Shown: piece after piece, positions 41,705 to 52,900 of the stretch
Layout: each line of letters begins with the position of its first letter
How positions within the stretch are numbered: the first letter of the stretch is position 1
DNA from: Candidatus Poribacteria bacterium
GTDB taxonomy: Bacteria; Poribacteria; WGA-4E; PCPOR2b
Reading direction: 5' to 3'
Assembly: GCA_965208675.1 (NCBI GenBank)
Contig: OZ242351.1
Coordinates: forward strand, 224,001 to 288,000
Length of the DNA: 64,000 bases
Made by a program: the position numbers and the translations under genes
Notes under the pieces: model-generated
Database searches by the model: none
Seen by the model: only the letters and a program-made list of their open reading frames with translations
What the model was told of the DNA's origin: nothing

Positions 41705-42355
41705 TCAAGCGTCGGTTGACGCAGCCACCCAGCGAATTGCTTGACTGACCAGCTTTCGGTAGTTTGGGTTTCCGTACGCCATCGCGTCGTGCCCGTGTTG
41801 GATGTATACAATCGGGGAGTTTCCATAACGATGCGTCCAGCCTAGTACCGGCGCACTGTCCCTATGCTCTGTGCGAAGCAAGACATGTACCTTTGGGTCG
41901 ACGGTATAACCCTTGTAAGTTTCGTCCTGTATCTCAAAATCCGCGATTCCCTTCGTCACAGGGTGATTGGGGTCGGCGATTTTTACACTGTATCGGACAT
42001 CGTGCCTGACCGTATTTTCGCCTGTTGTCCAGACGCCGCCGACAATTCGATTGAATTCATCCCATTCCCGGAACGAGATTAGCGCGTGGTGCAGTGAGAC
42101 TATGCCAACGCCGTGATTTAACAGATCCACGTATGCCGCACGCTGTGCGGGCGTGATTTCCTGCCACATGTCGTAAAATACAAGTGCATCATAGTCCTTT
42201 GCGCCTTCTATACTCAGATGTTGGAACGCATTTGGAAAGGTCTCGGCTTCATAGCTGAGATTTTCAAGGCTGTCGAACATTTCCCAGAACGGTTCCGGTT
42301 GGAAATCGTGTCCGCCGGTAATCACTAACACGTGGTTGTTTTGCTTTGCGGTCAT
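41705..42355 (-). CDS. ThuA-like domain protein
   Basis: LVITGGHDF…LHH…HPVTKG..DF…DETY…GHD. Confidence 0.85.
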   Translation of the reverse strand: MTAKQNNHVLVITGGHDFQPEPFWEMFDSLENLSYEAETFPNAFQHLSIEGAKDYDALVFYDMWQEITPAQRAAYVDLLNHGVGIVSLHHALISFREWDEFNRIVGGVWTTGENTVRHDVRYSVKIADPNHPVTKGIADFEIQDETYKGYTVDPKVHVLLRTEHRDSAPVLGWTHRYGNSPIVYIQHGHDAMAYGNPNYRKLVSQAIRWVAASTDA

Positions 42356-42409
42356 TGTTTAGCTCCTGAGTTGATAACTATTGGAAAAACCGTATAAAGT
42401 TCGATCCAC

Positions 42410-43081
42410 TTAAATTTTTTTTCGTTTGCGAATTAAAGCCGGAATGAGCGATATGAGAACAATGAAGACGCCCGCGCCCGCTAGATACAGCAGCGTCAAC
42501 CTGATATTTCCTTCGCCGGCGTTTACAGCAGCACCGAGTTGGACGAAAGCAACAGTACCGGGCAGCATGCAGATCCACGAAACCAGAAAGTATGTGGAAA
42601 ACCGGATCTGCGTCAGTCCGTAGGCGTAATTCTGTAAATTGAAGGGAAAGATTGGAACGAGCCGCGTAATCATCAACATACGCCAGCCCTGTTCCTTAAC
42701 CCCGTTGTCAATCTTTTGAAAATGGGCGTTGTCGGCAACCCAAGATGCAACCATCTCACGGGCGGTATAACGCGCAATCAGAAATGCGCACGAAACCCCA
42801 ATAGCCGATCCGATTGAGGCGTAGACCGTGCCCCAGAGCGGCCCAAACGCGAGCCCGGAAAGTGCGGTTACGGGCAAGCCCGGCAAAAAGAACACGACTG
42901 CAGCCACATAAAAGCCGATAAAGGTCAGCGGTCCGATTGCGCCAAAGCTGTCAATCTTATCCTTAATTTTCGGGATATTTTCTAAACTTAGATATTCAGC
43001 CGCGCCCGAAAATCTCAAACCCCCGTACACAACACCAATTGCAGCCAAGGCGATAATCAGTTTGATTAGGTTTTTGTTCAT
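42410..43081 (-). CDS. TVP38/TMEM64 (VTT/DedA) family membrane protein
   Basis: GLAFGP..G…TRLVPIFPFNLQNYAYGLT. Confidence 0.92.
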   Translation of the reverse strand: MNKNLIKLIIALAAIGVVYGGLRFSGAAEYLSLENIPKIKDKIDSFGAIGPLTFIGFYVAAVVFFLPGLPVTALSGLAFGPLWGTVYASIGSAIGVSCAFLIARYTAREMVASWVADNAHFQKIDNGVKEQGWRMLMITRLVPIFPFNLQNYAYGLTQIRFSTYFLVSWICMLPGTVAFVQLGAAVNAGEGNIRLTLLYLAGAGVFIVLISLIPALIRKRKKI

Positions 43082-43125
43082 CCTGCTATTCTATTTTAGA
43101 ACGCCATTCCCAGAATCCAGCCGTT

Positions 43126-43923
43126 TCAACGGTTTTCCAAGAACCCTCTGATTTTCGGGACATTATCCGTCCACATACCGCCAATCTCGTTCCGCAGCAA
43201 CCACGCAACATCACGGCGGGAGTGAACGAATCCGCCTTCAACCATAATGTTCCTCGCTTTGAGTTTCCTGACGTTGCGTTTCAGACAACGCATAAAAAAG
43301 TCGCAGAGCGAGAAGTGATTCACCTTGTTCCATCCGATTATGATTCTGTTGGCGTTAATGGATTCCGCCGCCTTTAGGAGATTTGCCGCGGGATTAATAA
43401 TGATTGCGCTAGTTTGAAGTGTTGGTTCAAGCTGTTTGGCTTGGATGAGGAGGTGTTTCCGAGAATAGAAGGTCAAAAGGCCAACCGTGTGGACGAGATT
43501 AAATCGCCGTATCCGTTCCACAACGATACCGATAAGTTCTTCTGAATCCTCCTTCGGTTCAATGAAACACGGCATTTGGGTTTCCGCGGCGAGCGAGAGT
43601 GTCTGGTCGAGATGTGCGACAGGTTCATCGGAATCGAGCACTCTGTGCGTTTGCACATCGTGCCAAGTAAGTTCTTTGAGCGGTGATGAACATCCTGTGA
43701 CTTCCTGAATACTTTCGCGGTTAAAACCGGTATGTATGATAATCGGCTCTTTGTCTTGGGTCAAACGGACATCGCACTCGAAAGCGTCAGCCCCGTCTTC
43801 AAACGCCTGCCTGAAGGCGGCTATTGTGTTCTCAGGCCCCCGTTCCAACCCGCCGCGGTGCGCCAGTATTTGGGGCGTTACAGCGGAATTTCCACTGTTG
43901 AGTTCGTGATGGGTGTGGCGCAC
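43126..43923 (-). CDS. glycerophosphodiester phosphodiesterase
   Basis: AHRGG…PENTIAAF…ECDVRLTQD…IIH; TD motif near C-terminus. Confidence 0.88.
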   Translation of the reverse strand: MRHTHHELNSGNSAVTPQILAHRGGLERGPENTIAAFRQAFEDGADAFECDVRLTQDKEPIIIHTGFNRESIQEVTGCSSPLKELTWHDVQTHRVLDSDEPVAHLDQTLSLAAETQMPCFIEPKEDSEELIGIVVERIRRFNLVHTVGLLTFYSRKHLLIQAKQLEPTLQTSAIIINPAANLLKAAESINANRIIIGWNKVNHFSLCDFFMRCLKRNVRKLKARNIMVEGGFVHSRRDVAWLLRNEIGGMWTDNVPKIRGFLENR

Positions 43924-43965
43924 AGTTATTTTCTTTCGGCGTAAGTTGAAGGTTCCCGTTTGGTG

Positions 43966-44757
43966 TCACATCGCAACAATCCGCCGCATCCGTTCCGCAA
44001 CATCAACCTGATGCGCCCAATCTCCGCCGACTTCGTGGATAACATATCCATCGTAACCGACTGCTCTTAAATAGCACATCACGGACGGCCAATTCGTGTC
44101 CCCGTCAAGCAGGTTCACAAATTGATGTTGGTCGCGTTTAAAGTCCTTGAAATGCACGCGCACGATTCGTGCCCCAAGCTCGCGAATCCAATGTTCAGGG
44201 TACCCGTAAGCCATCATGTTGGCGGTGTCGAGGTAGGAGCGCACCCATTCGCTGTCAATTTCATCAATAAAGTCACACATCTCTCTGGAGCTAAGCAGAA
44301 ATTTATTCCATACATTCTCCAAACCGATGACCGCCCCATGTGACTCGGCAATAGGCGCCAAATCACTCAGAATGGACGATAAGTTTTCCCAAACCCCCAG
44401 ATATGTGCCTTCGTCGGTCAGTTGTCCCGGGTGCAACAGAATTGCGTCGACTCCGATTGCCTCGGCAATTTCAAGGCTGCGGACGACCGATTTGATGCCT
44501 TTCGCCCGTTGTCCGGTGTTGAGGCTGAGCAGGTTTCCACGATCTTGATAATTGGCGGCGACGCTGCTAATTTCGATTCCCGCTGCGGCACAACTATCGC
44601 GAACCGCTTTTAGTTCAGATTCGCTCATATTGATGTCCGTATCCCTGTCCTCTTCAAAGCACAGTTCAACTGCGTCATAACCCGCCTCTTGGCATAGCGC
44701 GAGCGTGTTGGCAAGTGGCATATTTCCAAGAATGATTTGGGTAACACCTATTTTCAT
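43966..44757 (-). CDS. sugar phosphate isomerase/epimerase (xylose-isomerase-like TIM barrel)
   Basis: GLENVWNKFL.S…DTAN…HFKD…GDTNW..V. Confidence 0.9.
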   Translation of the reverse strand: MKIGVTQIILGNMPLANTLALCQEAGYDAVELCFEEDRDTDINMSESELKAVRDSCAAAGIEISSVAANYQDRGNLLSLNTGQRAKGIKSVVRSLEIAEAIGVDAILLHPGQLTDEGTYLGVWENLSSILSDLAPIAESHGAVIGLENVWNKFLLSSREMCDFIDEIDSEWVRSYLDTANMMAYGYPEHWIRELGARIVRVHFKDFKRDQHQFVNLLDGDTNWPSVMCYLRAVGYDGYVIHEVGGDWAHQVDVAERMRRIVAM

Positions 44758-44998
44758 CTTTTCTCCTAATTAAACCACATTGCGGCGCTTTATTGCACGT
44801 CGCTATGACTGTCGCCGCCGGAGATTATATCACAGTCGGTGTCAATGCACAATAAAATCACAGACACAGAACGCTCAACCTTCCGTATCTCAAACAACGC
44901 CGCGAATAGGGCTTGTCATTTGAAAATACATATGATATCGTTGTGACGAAGAGAATTACGGTTGCGGTAAGCGACGTTTAAATTTCCAATGTGATCGG

Positions 44999-46102
44999 GT
45001 GGGTTCGGTGGCTACACAACCGGAAGAGGTAACAGCGCTCAAAAGTGTTCTCGCCAATCGGACCCGAGAGGGCATCCTTTACGAAAAACTCTCCGGCAAA
45101 AAAGATTGGGTTCACTGTTTCGCTTGCGGGCACAACTGCAGAATTCCGCCGGGCAGAGATGGAATCTGCCGCGTTCGGTTTAATAGGGGCGGCGCGCTAT
45201 ACGTGCCGTGGGGTTACGTGGGCGGGCTGCAAATCGACCCCGTCGAGAAGAAGCCGTTCTTCCACGCATTTCTCGGCGCCGTGGCGATGAGTTTTGGGAT
45301 GTTGGGCTGCGACTATCATTGCGCCTTTTGCCAGAACTGGATCACGTCGCAAACATTGCGGGATAAGAATGCGGTGGCGCCGGCAAAAGACATTTCCCCG
45401 GAAGAGTTTGTGGCGCTTGCACGTCAATATCGTGCGGAAATTGTCTCCAGTACCTACAACGAACCGCTCATTACTAGCGAATGGGCAATCGAAATTTTCA
45501 AAGTTGCCAAATCTCACGGTCTGGTCACTTCCTACGTTTCCAACGGGAACGGCACGCCTGAAGCCCTCGATTATCTCAGTCCGTGGGTAGACCTATACAA
45601 AGTCGATCTCAAAGGATTCAACGACAAAAATTACCGCAAATTAGGCGGTGTGTTGCAGCACGTCCTCGACACAATCAAGATGCTGTACGAGCGCAATTTC
45701 TGGGTCGAAATTGTCACGCTCGTCATTCCTGGATATAACGATTCGGATGAAGAGCTTAAGGACATCGCCCATTTTCTAGTGTCTATCGCGGCGGATATTC
45801 CGTGGCATGTGACAGCTTTTCACAAAGATTACAAGATGACAGACCTGGACAATACTTCTGTCTCCACACTCATTCGTGCGGCGGAAATTGGATATGATGC
45901 TGGGCTCCGCTATGTGTACGCAGGCAATTTGCCCGGGCGCGTTGGGCGGTATGAGAACACCTACTGTCCGGGCTGTAATGTGTTGCTTATCAAGCGGTGG
46001 GGATTTAAGGTGATGATGAATCGGGTGGAAGAAGGTGGGTGCCCCAATTGTGGGACCAAGATTCGCGGTGTATGGACCAAGGCAATGCTGAACACCTCAT
46101 GA
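44999..46102 (+). CDS. amrS: AmmeMemoRadiSam-system radical SAM enzyme
   Basis: DPVEKKPFFH, CDYHCAFCQNW, TYNEP, YVYAGN, two C-terminal CPxC motifs. Confidence 0.9.
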   Translation: MGSVATQPEEVTALKSVLANRTREGILYEKLSGKKDWVHCFACGHNCRIPPGRDGICRVRFNRGGALYVPWGYVGGLQIDPVEKKPFFHAFLGAVAMSFGMLGCDYHCAFCQNWITSQTLRDKNAVAPAKDISPEEFVALARQYRAEIVSSTYNEPLITSEWAIEIFKVAKSHGLVTSYVSNGNGTPEALDYLSPWVDLYKVDLKGFNDKNYRKLGGVLQHVLDTIKMLYERNFWVEIVTLVIPGYNDSDEELKDIAHFLVSIAADIPWHVTAFHKDYKMTDLDNTSVSTLIRAAEIGYDAGLRYVYAGNLPGRVGRYENTYCPGCNVLLIKRWGFKVMMNRVEEGGCPNCGTKIRGVWTKAMLNTS

Positions 46103-46127
46103 GACGAATTCAGTAAACTCAAGGGCA

Positions 46128-47363
46128 TCAAACATTGCGTTGTCCCTGCCGAATGACCGCCGCCGTCTCTCTCGCCACAATGATCTCCTCGTTCGCCGGG
46201 ATGACGAGAATCTTTGCCCGGCTTTCCGGTGTGGAGACCTCACCTTCGCCGGTGTGTGTCTCGTTTTTTCGTGGATCCAACAGAATGCCTTGCCACTCTA
46301 GCCCATCGCAGATTGCACTACGGGCACGTGCGCTTTTTTCACCAATTCCGCCGGTGAACGCAATGACGTCAACCCCGCCGAGTGCGGCAATATATGCGCC
46401 GATGTACTTTTTGACGCCGTAATAATAGGTCTCTAACGCCAGGCGGGCGTCATCGTTCCCCGCTTTTGCCGCTGCTTCAATGTCGCGAACGTCGCCGCTG
46501 ACTCCGGAGATTCCAAGCAACCCGGATTCGTCGATTAATTGGCGGCGAATCTCCGTTGTGTTCCACCCCTCCTCGTCCATGACATAAAGCATCGCAAACG
46601 GATCAAAGTCACCGCTCCTTGTCGCTTGGATGAGTCCGTACTGAGTCGAAACCCCCATTGTCGTGTCAATTGAATTGCCGTCACGGATGGCGCATATTGA
46701 AGAACTCCCGCCGAGGTGGCAAGAGATGATTCGGGGGGAAGCGGTTTTTTGAGTCGGGGCGCCTCCATTGAGCGTTGCGACGATTATCTGCGGCGCGCGC
46801 TCTGCGATGTAACGGTGCGAGGCACCGTGAAACCCATAGCGGCGGATGTGGTGTTTCTCCACCCATGTACGTGGCACGCCGAATTCGTAAGCGTAGTCAG
46901 GGATGGTCTGGTGAAACCACGTCTCCAAAACCGCGACTAAAGGTGTATTCTGCGCCAATTCTTGAAACGCTCGGATGGAGGCGATGTAAGCGGAATTGTG
47001 CAGTGGAACTAGCGGAACGTATGCCTCTAGCGCTTCGATTACCTGTTCCGTAATGAGGGCGGACCGTCGGATGCCTTTGGCAAAAACAGTTTTGAAGCCT
47101 ACGCCCCCCAAGGCATCAAGATTGCGAATCGCACCCTCTTTGGGGTGGGTGACCATCTTGATGGTGTGTGCGATGGCAGCGTCATGGTTCGGTGCCTCAA
47201 TTGTGCCGCGCAAAACCAGTTTGTTAGGCACGGTGTGCGTGAACGGCGACGGGGAATTGCCAATCCGTTCTACAACTCCCTTGATAAGCGTTTCTGACGT
47301 TTTAACATCAATAATCTGGTATTTGAACGATGTGCTGCCAACGTTGGCGCAGAGTATCAGCAT
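46128..47363 (-). CDS. ackA: acetate kinase (variant type)
   Basis: NVGSTSFKY, PLHN, RRYGFHGASH, CHLGG, FTGGIGE, ANEE. Confidence 0.93.
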   Translation of the reverse strand: MLILCANVGSTSFKYQIIDVKTSETLIKGVVERIGNSPSPFTHTVPNKLVLRGTIEAPNHDAAIAHTIKMVTHPKEGAIRNLDALGGVGFKTVFAKGIRRSALITEQVIEALEAYVPLVPLHNSAYIASIRAFQELAQNTPLVAVLETWFHQTIPDYAYEFGVPRTWVEKHHIRRYGFHGASHRYIAERAPQIIVATLNGGAPTQKTASPRIISCHLGGSSSICAIRDGNSIDTTMGVSTQYGLIQATRSGDFDPFAMLYVMDEEGWNTTEIRRQLIDESGLLGISGVSGDVRDIEAAAKAGNDDARLALETYYYGVKKYIGAYIAALGGVDVIAFTGGIGEKSARARSAICDGLEWQGILLDPRKNETHTGEGEVSTPESRAKILVIPANEEIIVARETAAVIRQGQRNV

Positions 47364-47781
47364 AATGCGTCTCGCAAATCTGGACGTTGCCGCTTCAGCA
47401 ACGATAAGATGATCGTTGATTTATTCCGAATTTATTCAAACGCGTTGGTGTTCGTGCATGTCCTGTACGGGCTTGGGCTGCGGCAGGCGTGGTTTACTTC
47501 AGCAGTTCATCGGCCCTGATTGATTCCACGAATCAAAATAATAACGCAGTATACAATGTTTATCAAGCCGAAAGTGTTGGTCAATCTTCTTCGCAAAATC
47601 GACAGATTTTTCTTTACAGTCTTGGCGATTGGTATTGTGCATTGTGGATGTGCTGGACCATAATACCAATAAAGAAAAAGCAACTTTTGTAAATCATTCA
47701 ACATATTGTGTGAACATGTTTGAAAATTCCTTATATACAGTCCTAGCGGAGCAAAACGTATAAATCACGCCGCCGCCCTCC

Positions 47782-47844
47782 GTAGGCGTGGCATCTTGCC
47801 GTGCGTGCGTCACCAAGTCTAGTAGGCGTGGCATCTTGCCCCGC
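47782..47844 (+). repeat. two GTAGGCGTGGCATCTTGCC REP-like units
   Basis: Copies at 47782 and 47822; third copy at 1005. Confidence 0.75.
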
Positions 47845-48139
47845 ACCATACGCGAGTATGGTGTTTGGTGGGATCAATCGACTGAATAGCATCAACTGTT
47901 CAAATAGCGAAGGACATAGTGAATCCCGCCTGATAGAAGTACCAACGAATATTAGCAACTCAAAAGCCCAAGAATGGCTTCGTCACACATTATTCAAACA
48001 GGCTTTAAACCTTATCAGTAGAATTCTATCATTTTGTGGATTGGTTGAGATTCGATTCGGTTTGTGATAAAATACAGGGCGCAAATACGTTTAAAGTCGC
48101 TTGGCGCCAAAATGCGGTACCAAGTTGGAAAATGCAGGC

Positions 48140-49090
48140 ATGACGGAGCAGCCAGAAAACGACACAATTACCGCTGTCGAAGGAATTAAAGTTGGTCACG
48201 TAACAGACCCAATCGCACGTACGGGTTGCACAGTTATTTTGTGCGAGTCCGGCGCTGTCGCGGGAGTGGATGTTCGCGGTTCCGCACCGGGTACTAGGGA
48301 AACCGACGCAATCCGCCCGGGGAATTTGGTTGAAAAAGCTCACGCGGTGTTGCTCACGGGCGGCAGTGCGTTCGGACTTGATGCGGCGGGAGGTGTCATG
48401 CAGTTTTTTGCAGATCGCCGAATAGGATTTCCCGCCGGCCCGGTACGGGTGCCGATAGTTCCGGCTGCAGTGATTTTTGATCTGGGAGTCGGCGACGCCG
48501 CAGCGTATCCGAACCGTGAGATGGGCTATCGTGCTTGTATGAACGCCGACAGCAATTCGGTAAAGATGGGAAAATTCGGCGCAGGTACTGGCGCAACAGT
48601 TGGCAAGATTCCAGGTTTTAAGTCGTCAAATGGCGGTGTTGGTTCTGCATGCCGCGTCCTCAAATCAGGGTTAATCGTCGCGGCAATTGTCGTTGTCAAC
48701 GCCTGGGGTAATATCGTCGACCCAAATTCCGGAAGGATTGTGGCAGGAGCAATGGATAAGGAAACAGGCGAATTTGTGGATATTGTCGAACATTTATGTG
48801 CCCAGGATAATGAGGTATGCCGTGCGAACCATACACTTGGAACTAACACAACGGTCGGCGTCGTTGCGACGAATGCGGCGCTTAGTGCCGCAGAAGCGGC
48901 AAAAGTCGCACAGATGGCTCACGATGGCTTGGCGAGGGTGATTCGCCCGGTTCACACCATGTTCGATGGAGACACTGTGTTTGCGCTTTCTCTGGCTAAA
49001 AAGGAGGCGGACGTAAACACCGTCGGAATCGTTGCTGTGGAAGTAGTGGCAGAGGCAATTTTGCGGGCAGTAAAACCAGAAAGTGATTAG
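48140..49090 (+). CDS. P1/S58 family peptidase (DmpA-like)
   Basis: GVDVRGSAPGTRETD, LTGGSAFGL, GAGTGA, NTTVGVVATNA, HTMFDGD. Confidence 0.93.
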   Translation: MTEQPENDTITAVEGIKVGHVTDPIARTGCTVILCESGAVAGVDVRGSAPGTRETDAIRPGNLVEKAHAVLLTGGSAFGLDAAGGVMQFFADRRIGFPAGPVRVPIVPAAVIFDLGVGDAAAYPNREMGYRACMNADSNSVKMGKFGAGTGATVGKIPGFKSSNGGVGSACRVLKSGLIVAAIVVVNAWGNIVDPNSGRIVAGAMDKETGEFVDIVEHLCAQDNEVCRANHTLGTNTTVGVVATNAALSAAEAAKVAQMAHDGLARVIRPVHTMFDGDTVFALSLAKKEADVNTVGIVAVEVVAEAILRAVKPESD

Positions 49091-49225
49091 ACTACGAATT
49101 GCTGCTGTAGCCTATGTTCCGCGTTTGGCGAGGGCGTGTGGAGGGCAATGTTGTCCAATGAAATGCGAACGCACTTGCATTCGACCCGCATCACGGTGGA
49201 AATCTAGCGTCCGGAATTTATTGGT

Positions 49226-49723
49226 CTATACTTCTTCAAGGCTGATTGGTGAGTAGGTGGAAACATCGGTTTTAAAACTCTGTTTAGTCCGCAGAAAAGG
49301 AAGTTTGGATTTAAGTTTCCGAATCGCACCAGCGAAGCCCTGGTTGTCTTGCAGGAGTTCAATGTTTTCAGCTTGGGTTTCGACCTGTTTACTTAATTGC
49401 ATTATAATTGCATCCGCCCGCTTGCTTGATTCCTCGGATGCGGCTTGCATCTGCTCTATCAAAGCATCAGATTTCTTGATTCCGTCTTCACCTTGAGCGC
49501 GAAGTCGTTCTAGTTCCGCATAAAGAAACTCGTTCTCTTTGGTCAACTGTTCAATACGGGCGTCTCTTTCGCAGATTAGGGTTTTTAGGGAAGTGATTTC
49601 TTTCTGGCGGGTGAATTCACCAGATGGTTCAATATGTGGCTCCTTCCGTGCGGCGTTTTCATTTCTCATGAACGCCCCCGGAGGTTGAACCGATGTTTCT
49701 ACGGACGAAATAAATGTTTCCAT
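49226..49723 (-). CDS. coiled-coil hypothetical protein
   Basis: AAGGAG RBS before ATG 49723; long heptad region. Confidence 0.7.
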   Translation of the reverse strand: METFISSVETSVQPPGAFMRNENAARKEPHIEPSGEFTRQKEITSLKTLICERDARIEQLTKENEFLYAELERLRAQGEDGIKKSDALIEQMQAASEESSKRADAIIMQLSKQVETQAENIELLQDNQGFAGAIRKLKSKLPFLRTKQSFKTDVSTYSPISLEEV

Positions 49724-49986
49724 TCTATTTGTTCTCCTTTTCACTCGACCATGGCAGCGTTAAATCATACCGATAGCAGCCCAGTAAGCAACTAGATTAA
49801 GCATTGGCTGACATTTCGGTAGGCGATTTCACTAACATCAAAACGTTTTTGGAATTGATAGCGTTTCACCTTTTTCAACACATCATATGTTCGCTGATTC
49901 CGCAATCAAGACTAAATTCCACACAGCGATTTGGGATTGAGATGACTTAACTAACAGCAATTGGAACCATAGAGGAGTGCAAATCT

Positions 49987-52900
49987 ATGTCATCAATCCT
50001 CACTCCAAAAGATTTGATTCTTGTACCCGATCTTACGACTGATGACGTTGAAGACGTCCTCAAAAATTACGGTCTCCAGGATCTGCCCCGCGCCAGCCGC
50101 AATCTACAGAGTCTTACTGGGGAACCACCGGTGCGTGAAGCGTGCGCTGAGATTATGGAAACATTACTAGAATGCGTAGCAGATTCGGCGCATCCAGATT
50201 CTGCTTTGCACAATTTTGCGCGGTTCGTCGATGCGGCATCTGACCCGCTGCGGCTGTATCAAATACTTCGTGACGCGCCATTCTTAATTTCCATACTGGC
50301 GAAGTCCTTTGGATCAAGCACGTATTTTTCAGATATCCTAATCCGCAATCCGGAGTATATTAATGGGTTCGTAGTGAACGGCATAATTGCGCCGCCCAAG
50401 CCGCGGGAAATTATGGACGGCGAATTATGTCAATCTTTGCGGTCGGTCGATTCGGTCGAACAAAAGTTGGACGCGCTCCGTCGTTACAAACGCAAGGAGA
50501 GTTTGCGCATTGGCGTCCGAGACCTCATCGGTGCCGCAGATTTGGAAACTACTACCTTAGAGTTATCCAATCTGGCGGAAACTGCGCTGCAAAAGTGCTG
50601 CGAGATTGGAGAGCATGAACTCACATCAAGATTTGGAACGCCGCAAGCTGAACTGCACAACGGCGAGACAATTGGGAGCACATTTGCGGTAATAGGAATG
50701 GGAAAATTCGGCGGCCGCGAATTAAATTTTAGCTCCGATATTGACGTGATGTTCGTTTATTCGAGAGATGGAACGACGAATCAGGGCGTTGAGAACCGCC
50801 AATACTTCAATAAACTATCCGAGTTTATCATTAACGGGCTTAGCGAGATTACAGGGGAAGGATATGTCTTCCGTGTTGACGCCCGCCTGCGGCCGGAGAG
50901 CAGCGCAGGAAGCATCGCGCGCTCCATAGATAGTTACGAAGCGTACTACGAAGGTTGGGGCGAAATCTGGGAACGCCAAGCGTTAATCAAGGCGCGTCCA
51001 GTAGCTGGCGATCTCCAACTCGGAAGGCAGTTCATTGGCACCATCCAGCCGTTCGTATATCAACGGTATCTTGATGAATTTTCGATCGCTGAAATCAAGA
51101 TGGATATACGTCAGACTAAATCGAGAATTGAAGATCGTATTCGTGAAAAAGGCTCCTTTGTGAATAACCATGTTAAACTAGGCATCGGCTGCATTCGCGA
51201 TATGGAATTTACGATTCAGTGCCTACAACTCATTTATGGCGGTCCAATTCCTGCCTTGCGAAACTGTAACTCGTTAGAGACGATAGACCTGCTTCATCAA
51301 CACAAATTTCTGAGCCCGAGAAATCGCGATGTTTTCGCAGACGCCTACCGGTTTTTGCGAATGGTGGAACATCGCCTTCAGATGGAGGCCGATCAGCAGC
51401 GGTACTCCCTGCCTTCGAAAACATCAGAATTGGTTAAACTCGCTAGGTCCACAGGGTACAGAGATACGAAATCTGTCTTGGCGTTGGAGGCGTTCCATGC
51501 CGATTATCGGCAGCACACGCACGCCGTGCGCTTAATCTTTGAAAAAATCTTGGAGATTCCTGTGCCGGACGGAGGGATTGATTTGGCATCTCTGTTTACG
51601 ACGACGGATGCCGGCATGGTCCGCGAAATTTTGAATCCGTATGGATTTGCCGATCCCCATGAAGCGCGAAGGCGATTAAAGACCATGGCGGAAGGCTCTG
51701 ATGGCGTGCGTTTTTCGCCCACTGTGCGGCGGCTATTTGTCCAGCTCGCTCCCGTGCTGTTACATTTTATCGCCGAGTCGCCGGATCCGGACATGGCAAT
51801 TCGATACATTGACGTTTTTACGAGCAAAGTCGGAGCGCGCGCCTCATATTACACCCTGTTTCGTGACAATCCTTCGATTATCGAGATGTTGACGAAGATA
51901 TGCGGCACCAGCCGATTTTTGGCTGAGTTGCTTATCGAGCATCCAGAGTCGTTCGATGTGTTGACCGTATCCGCAGTCATGGCGCGCCCCAAGACTTTAG
52001 CCGAGAAACAGCAAGAAACTCTTGAGATGATCGCCAATACTACGCCCGATCGCATATTTGATAGACTGCGGCAATATAAAAACAGCGAAATCTTGCGTAT
52101 CGGAATGCGTAGTATCCTTGCACAAGCTGAACTTGAATCCAAGGATTGGGACGCGACGCCTAGCATCAAAGCCGATTTGTGGACGACAACCGCTGAACTC
52201 TCCGATCTCGCCGAGGCAACGCTTAAAGCGATGTATGCTCACGTCAAAGATATGTTCATTGCGGAACACGGAAGACCCATGGTGGACGATGGGAGTGAAG
52301 CGACCCTTACCATCATTGGAATGGGAAAATTCGGCGGGGGCGAATTGAACTTCAGCTCGGATTTGGACGTTATGTTAGTTTATTCTGCCGACGGTAAGAC
52401 CACCAAAGGGGAAACCAATGCGGACTATTTCAGCGATTTTGGCTTGGCATTAGTCAACCGGTTGAAAGGAAGCACCGGAGGTGGATCCATCTACGAACTC
52501 GATTTAAGGTTGCGTCCGTTTGGCAACGGTGGGGCGATTGCCATGCCGCTATCCGGATACCAAAACTACTACGATAAAAATGCCGAAACTTGGGAACGCC
52601 AAGCCTTAACCCGTGCCCGCCCGGTCGCAGGTGATATGGAGCTGGGCAATCGATTCATCGCCCAAGCGCACGCTTTCGCCTATCGCCATCCGTTAACCCC
52701 CGATGAAATTACGCAGATTGCGCATACCCGGAAACGCAAAGAAGCGCAAGCTACCCGCCCCGCTGCAACACGGCGGCGAAGGAGGAGTCGGACGAAAGAT
52801 GTGAAAGCTGGCTACGGCGGACTTGTCGACATTGAGTTCGCCGTGCAGATAATCCAGTTAATCAATGGCACGGATTCCCCGCAGGTGCGGGTGCAACACA

